From Candidatus Eiseniibacteriota bacterium (GTDB taxonomy: Bacteria > Eisenbacteria > RBG-16-71-46): a stretch of DNA of 18,443 nucleotides. The DNA is taken from NCBI GenBank assembly GCA_031366795.1, contig JANLOX010000275.1, forward strand, positions 1 through 18,443. The letters run 5' to 3'. Below the pieces are notes generated by a model. That model saw only the letters and a program-made list of their open reading frames with translations. It was not told the origin of the DNA and made no database searches. A program made the translations under genes and the position numbers. The stretch's first letter is position 1, and every line of letters begins with the position of its first letter. Shown here piece by piece: positions 15,979 through 18,443 of this stretch.

Positions 15979-17216
15979 TCCGTGCCGTCCACCATCGCCC
16001 GCCAGCGCTTCGCGTGCTCTTGGTAGTTGTAGCGGCCATAGAGTTTGCGCGAATTCGCCTGGCGGCGGGTCAGCTCGGTGCGATCCTTGCCGATGGCGCG
16101 GAACACCTCTTCGATCTGCGCGCGAACATCGCGCTTGAAGTCGATCATGATCGCGTAGTCGGCCTCGTTGTTCAGGTCGATGCGCTCGTTAATCGCCGAG
16201 CCGATGAACATGCAGCCCGCCGCGAGTGTTTCGAAGGTCTTGTTGGTGGAGCCGAAGTAGCGCCAGTTGATGTTCTCTTCAGGGTCGAGCGGCTGGTAGA
16301 CGATGTCGGTGATCTTGTAGAGCGCCTGCAGCTCGGTCTCCTGCTTCCAGCCGAGAAACATGATGTTCGGGCAGCGGCGGGCGAACTCCTCGACCACCGG
16401 CTGGTCCTTGCCGCGGCCGGCGAGGATCAGGGCGAAGTCGTTGGGGAACTGCTCGACGGCCTCAAGCAACTCGCGCAGGTGGGTAAATTCGTAGAAGAAC
16501 CCCAAGAACGAGATCACCACCTTGCCCTTCAACTGCTCGAACTGCGCGGGCGTCAGCGCGCCCTCGTCGCGCAGCTTCACTTTCCACGCCTCGTGGTCCT
16601 CGGCGTAAAACTCGTCGGCCTTCCACAGCCCCGTCACCTTCACCTTGCTCGCCGGGATCCCCCACGACGTGATGCGCCTGGCGGCATAGCGGTTGAGCGT
16701 GAAGATCACGTCGGCTTGCGTGTGGAGCACCGCTTCGATCGCATCGAACACCCAGCGCATGAAGCGAGCCCTGAGGCTCTTGCCGCGATGGCGGCTGCCG
16801 GCGTAGTAGTCGACTTCCTCGCGGAAGATGCGGTACTTGAGCCGGCGGCGGATGCGGTGCCACACGATGCCGGGCATCACGTCGGTGTCGCACGCCACCA
16901 CGACATCGAGCCCCATCGCCGCGTGGATCGCATCCAGCTCGCGCATGATGTAGCCGAAGTAGCGGAACAGCTCCTTCATGCCCCACGGCCCGCCCTCGTA
17001 GGCGTGACAACCGAGCGAATAACGCTCGGCTTCGGCCCAGCCCGGCGGCCCAATGATGTTCGTGCGGTCCCAGAAGATCAGCTCGATATTGTGCGTGCCG
17101 ACCAGCGGCTCATACAGCCGCTTCTCGGCCCAGTTGCGCAAGGAACCGTGCGTCGAGACGATGACCAGCGTGCGGTCATGCCGCGGCTTCGGCATCTGGG
17201 GTGCGGGGGTCGTCAT
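15975..17216 (-). CDS. GT-B fold glycosyltransferase (GT4-like)
   Basis: 413 aa. DVVVACD, ADVIFTLN, ISFLGFF...LRELLEAV, LILAGRG, IMFLGW, DIVY, STNKTFETLAAG (resembles PNKLFEYMAAG). Confidence 0.85.
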   Translation of the reverse strand: MTTPAPQMPKPRHDRTLVIVSTHGSLRNWAEKRLYEPLVGTHNIELIFWDRTNIIGPPGWAEAERYSLGCHAYEGGPWGMKELFRYFGYIMRELDAIHAAMGLDVVVACDTDVMPGIVWHRIRRRLKYRIFREEVDYYAGSRHRGKSLRARFMRWVFDAIEAVLHTQADVIFTLNRYAARRITSWGIPASKVKVTGLWKADEFYAEDHEAWKVKLRDEGALTPAQFEQLKGKVVISFLGFFYEFTHLRELLEAVEQFPNDFALILAGRGKDQPVVEEFARRCPNIMFLGWKQETELQALYKITDIVYQPLDPEENINWRYFGSTNKTFETLAAGCMFIGSAINERIDLNNEADYAIMIDFKRDVRAQIEEVFRAIGKDRTELTRRQANSRKLYGRYNYQEHAKRWRAMVDGTD

Positions 17217-17228
17217 CGCGCTCGGCGC

Positions 17229-18443
17229 TCAGGGGTGCTGCGAGTAGTAGATGGTCAGGAAGGCAATCGCCACGCCCATCAGGCTCTCGCCCGCGATGAT
17301 CCCCGATGACACGGGCACGGTGTATTGCTCGTGCAACTTCGGCCGCCACTTCGAGAACCACAGCGCGAGCAATGCGCCGATGAACATCATGATCGAGTTG
17401 TAACCGTTGATCGTGAACGCAAGGCCAAGTCCCGTCGCCGAAGGGATGAACTTCTTTTGCTTGGGGAAGCGCAGCTCGAGCAGCGGGATGATGATGCCGA
17501 GCAGCGCGCCCACCACCAGCCCGATCCGCGCCGTGGGCGGCAAGGCCCCCACCCCCTTGGCGAGCAACTCCGCGACACCCTTCCACACGAGTGCGGCGGG
17601 CGCCGGCCACTTCTCGCCGCCCAGCACGCTGACGTCGGGGATCAGGATGTAGAACGCCGGGATCACGATCAGGCCGCCTGCCAGCACGCCGAAGAACTGC
17701 GCGAGGAACTGCTGGCGCGGGTTGGCGCCCAGCAGGTAACCACTCTTCAAGTCCGTCAGCAGGTCACCCGCGTGGCTGCACGAACCGGCGCTGATGTTCG
17801 CCGTCATCAGGTTGGTCGTGATGTTGCCGGGCGCGATGGCGCCGAAGGTCAGCTGCGTAATCTTGCTCAAGGGCCCCGTCGGCGTGACGTCGGTCTCGCC
17901 CACCGTGCGCGCCGCGACGACTACGAGCAGGAACGTCGCCAGCACGGCAATCGCGCCCATCCACCAGTGGATGTGGAAAACGAGATTGCCCAGCACGATC
18001 GCGCCGAGGCCGAAGAACAGGAAGCCGGTGACGAACCATGAACCTGGCACCTCGATGCGCTCCATCGGATCCGCGGTGGCGTTCGGGGAACGCCCGAAGA
18101 ACGAGGTGATGGTGCCGAAGGCGCGCAGCACGGACTTCCACTGCATGAAGAACAGCAGTAGCCCCGAGGTCACCATCATGGGCACGCCGATCCACAGGCT
18201 CCACGCCGAAATCTTGCGGAACGATGCGGCCTCGATCACGCCCGAGTTGAGCATCATTGGCGCCAGCACGAGGTAGTTGACCATGGCGCCGAGCATCAGG
18301 CTCCACGCCTGGCGAAAACCCATGATGGCGCCCGCCGCGACGAACAGCAGCGAGCCCTCGAACGAGACCGTCAGGCGATTGAGCGTGAGCGGTTCACCCT
18401 TGTAGGTGCCGAGCGAAATCCCCTGCGTGCCCCAGTTGGATTG
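17229..18443 (-). CDS. OPT/YSL family oligopeptide transporter (5' end outside the window)
   Basis: Frame is open from the window end to TGA at 17229. Motifs GETDVTPTGPLSKITQL, AGDLLTDLKSGYLLGANPRQQFLAQFFG, PAPAALVW, SGIIAGESLMG. Confidence 0.93.
   Translation of the reverse strand, partial: QSNWGTQGISLGTYKGEPLTLNRLTVSFEGSLLFVAAGAIMGFRQAWSLMLGAMVNYLVLAPMMLNSGVIEAASFRKISAWSLWIGVPMMVTSGLLLFFMQWKSVLRAFGTITSFFGRSPNATADPMERIEVPGSWFVTGFLFFGLGAIVLGNLVFHIHWWMGAIAVLATFLLVVVAARTVGETDVTPTGPLSKITQLTFGAIAPGNITTNLMTANISAGSCSHAGDLLTDLKSGYLLGANPRQQFLAQFFGVLAGGLIVIPAFYILIPDVSVLGGEKWPAPAALVWKGVAELLAKGVGALPPTARIGLVVGALLGIIIPLLELRFPKQKKFIPSATGLGLAFTINGYNSIMMFIGALLALWFSKWRPKLHEQYTVPVSSGIIAGESLMGVAIAFLTIYYSQHP

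Noticed and set aside
14939..17309. Long plus-strand ORFs of 399 and 448 aa, plus similar ones at 7463..8563, 10662..11579 and 4175..4978
   Set aside because: Antisense mirrors of well-supported minus-strand genes, explained by high GC3, with no recognisable domains.
1..18443. CRISPR array, tRNA/rRNA, IS element, integrase or prophage
   Set aside because: No repeat-spacer periodicity or transposase/integrase motifs seen, and the intergenic gaps are short with no RNA-gene signatures I can recognise.

Overview
A GC-rich bacterial window read in the standard code (TGA is an ordinary stop), with almost all genes on the minus strand. Most of it (2743-17216) is a surface-polysaccharide locus. Reading in transcription order (right to left): a 5'-truncated OPT-family transporter, a GT-B glycosyltransferase, two tandem Gmd/Rmd-like SDRs, a lone plus-strand GT-A-like gene, then ugd-rmlC-rmlB-OPX(SLBB, Wza-like)-PCP(Wzz/GumC-like)-wzx-wzy/ligase-wcaJ. 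Downstream lie a secreted PQQ-type sugar dehydrogenase with a C-terminal FlgD-Ig/T9SS-like sorting domain (suggesting an FCB-group candidate phylum such as Eisenbacteria; inference), a hicB-hicA toxin-antitoxin pair, and a small lipoprotein gene split by one in-frame TGA. I saw no rRNA, tRNA, CRISPR array or transposase. I cannot support a wholly new system. The best leads are the TGA-interrupted lipoprotein, an 18-codon mini-ORF coupled at both ends between the SDR genes, a perfect 18-bp inverted repeat copied from a gene's 3' end, motifs in the divergent ugd/GT promoter region, and the pairing of a Wzx/Wzy locus with a CTD-bearing secreted enzyme. Family calls come from recognising motifs by eye, not from database searches.
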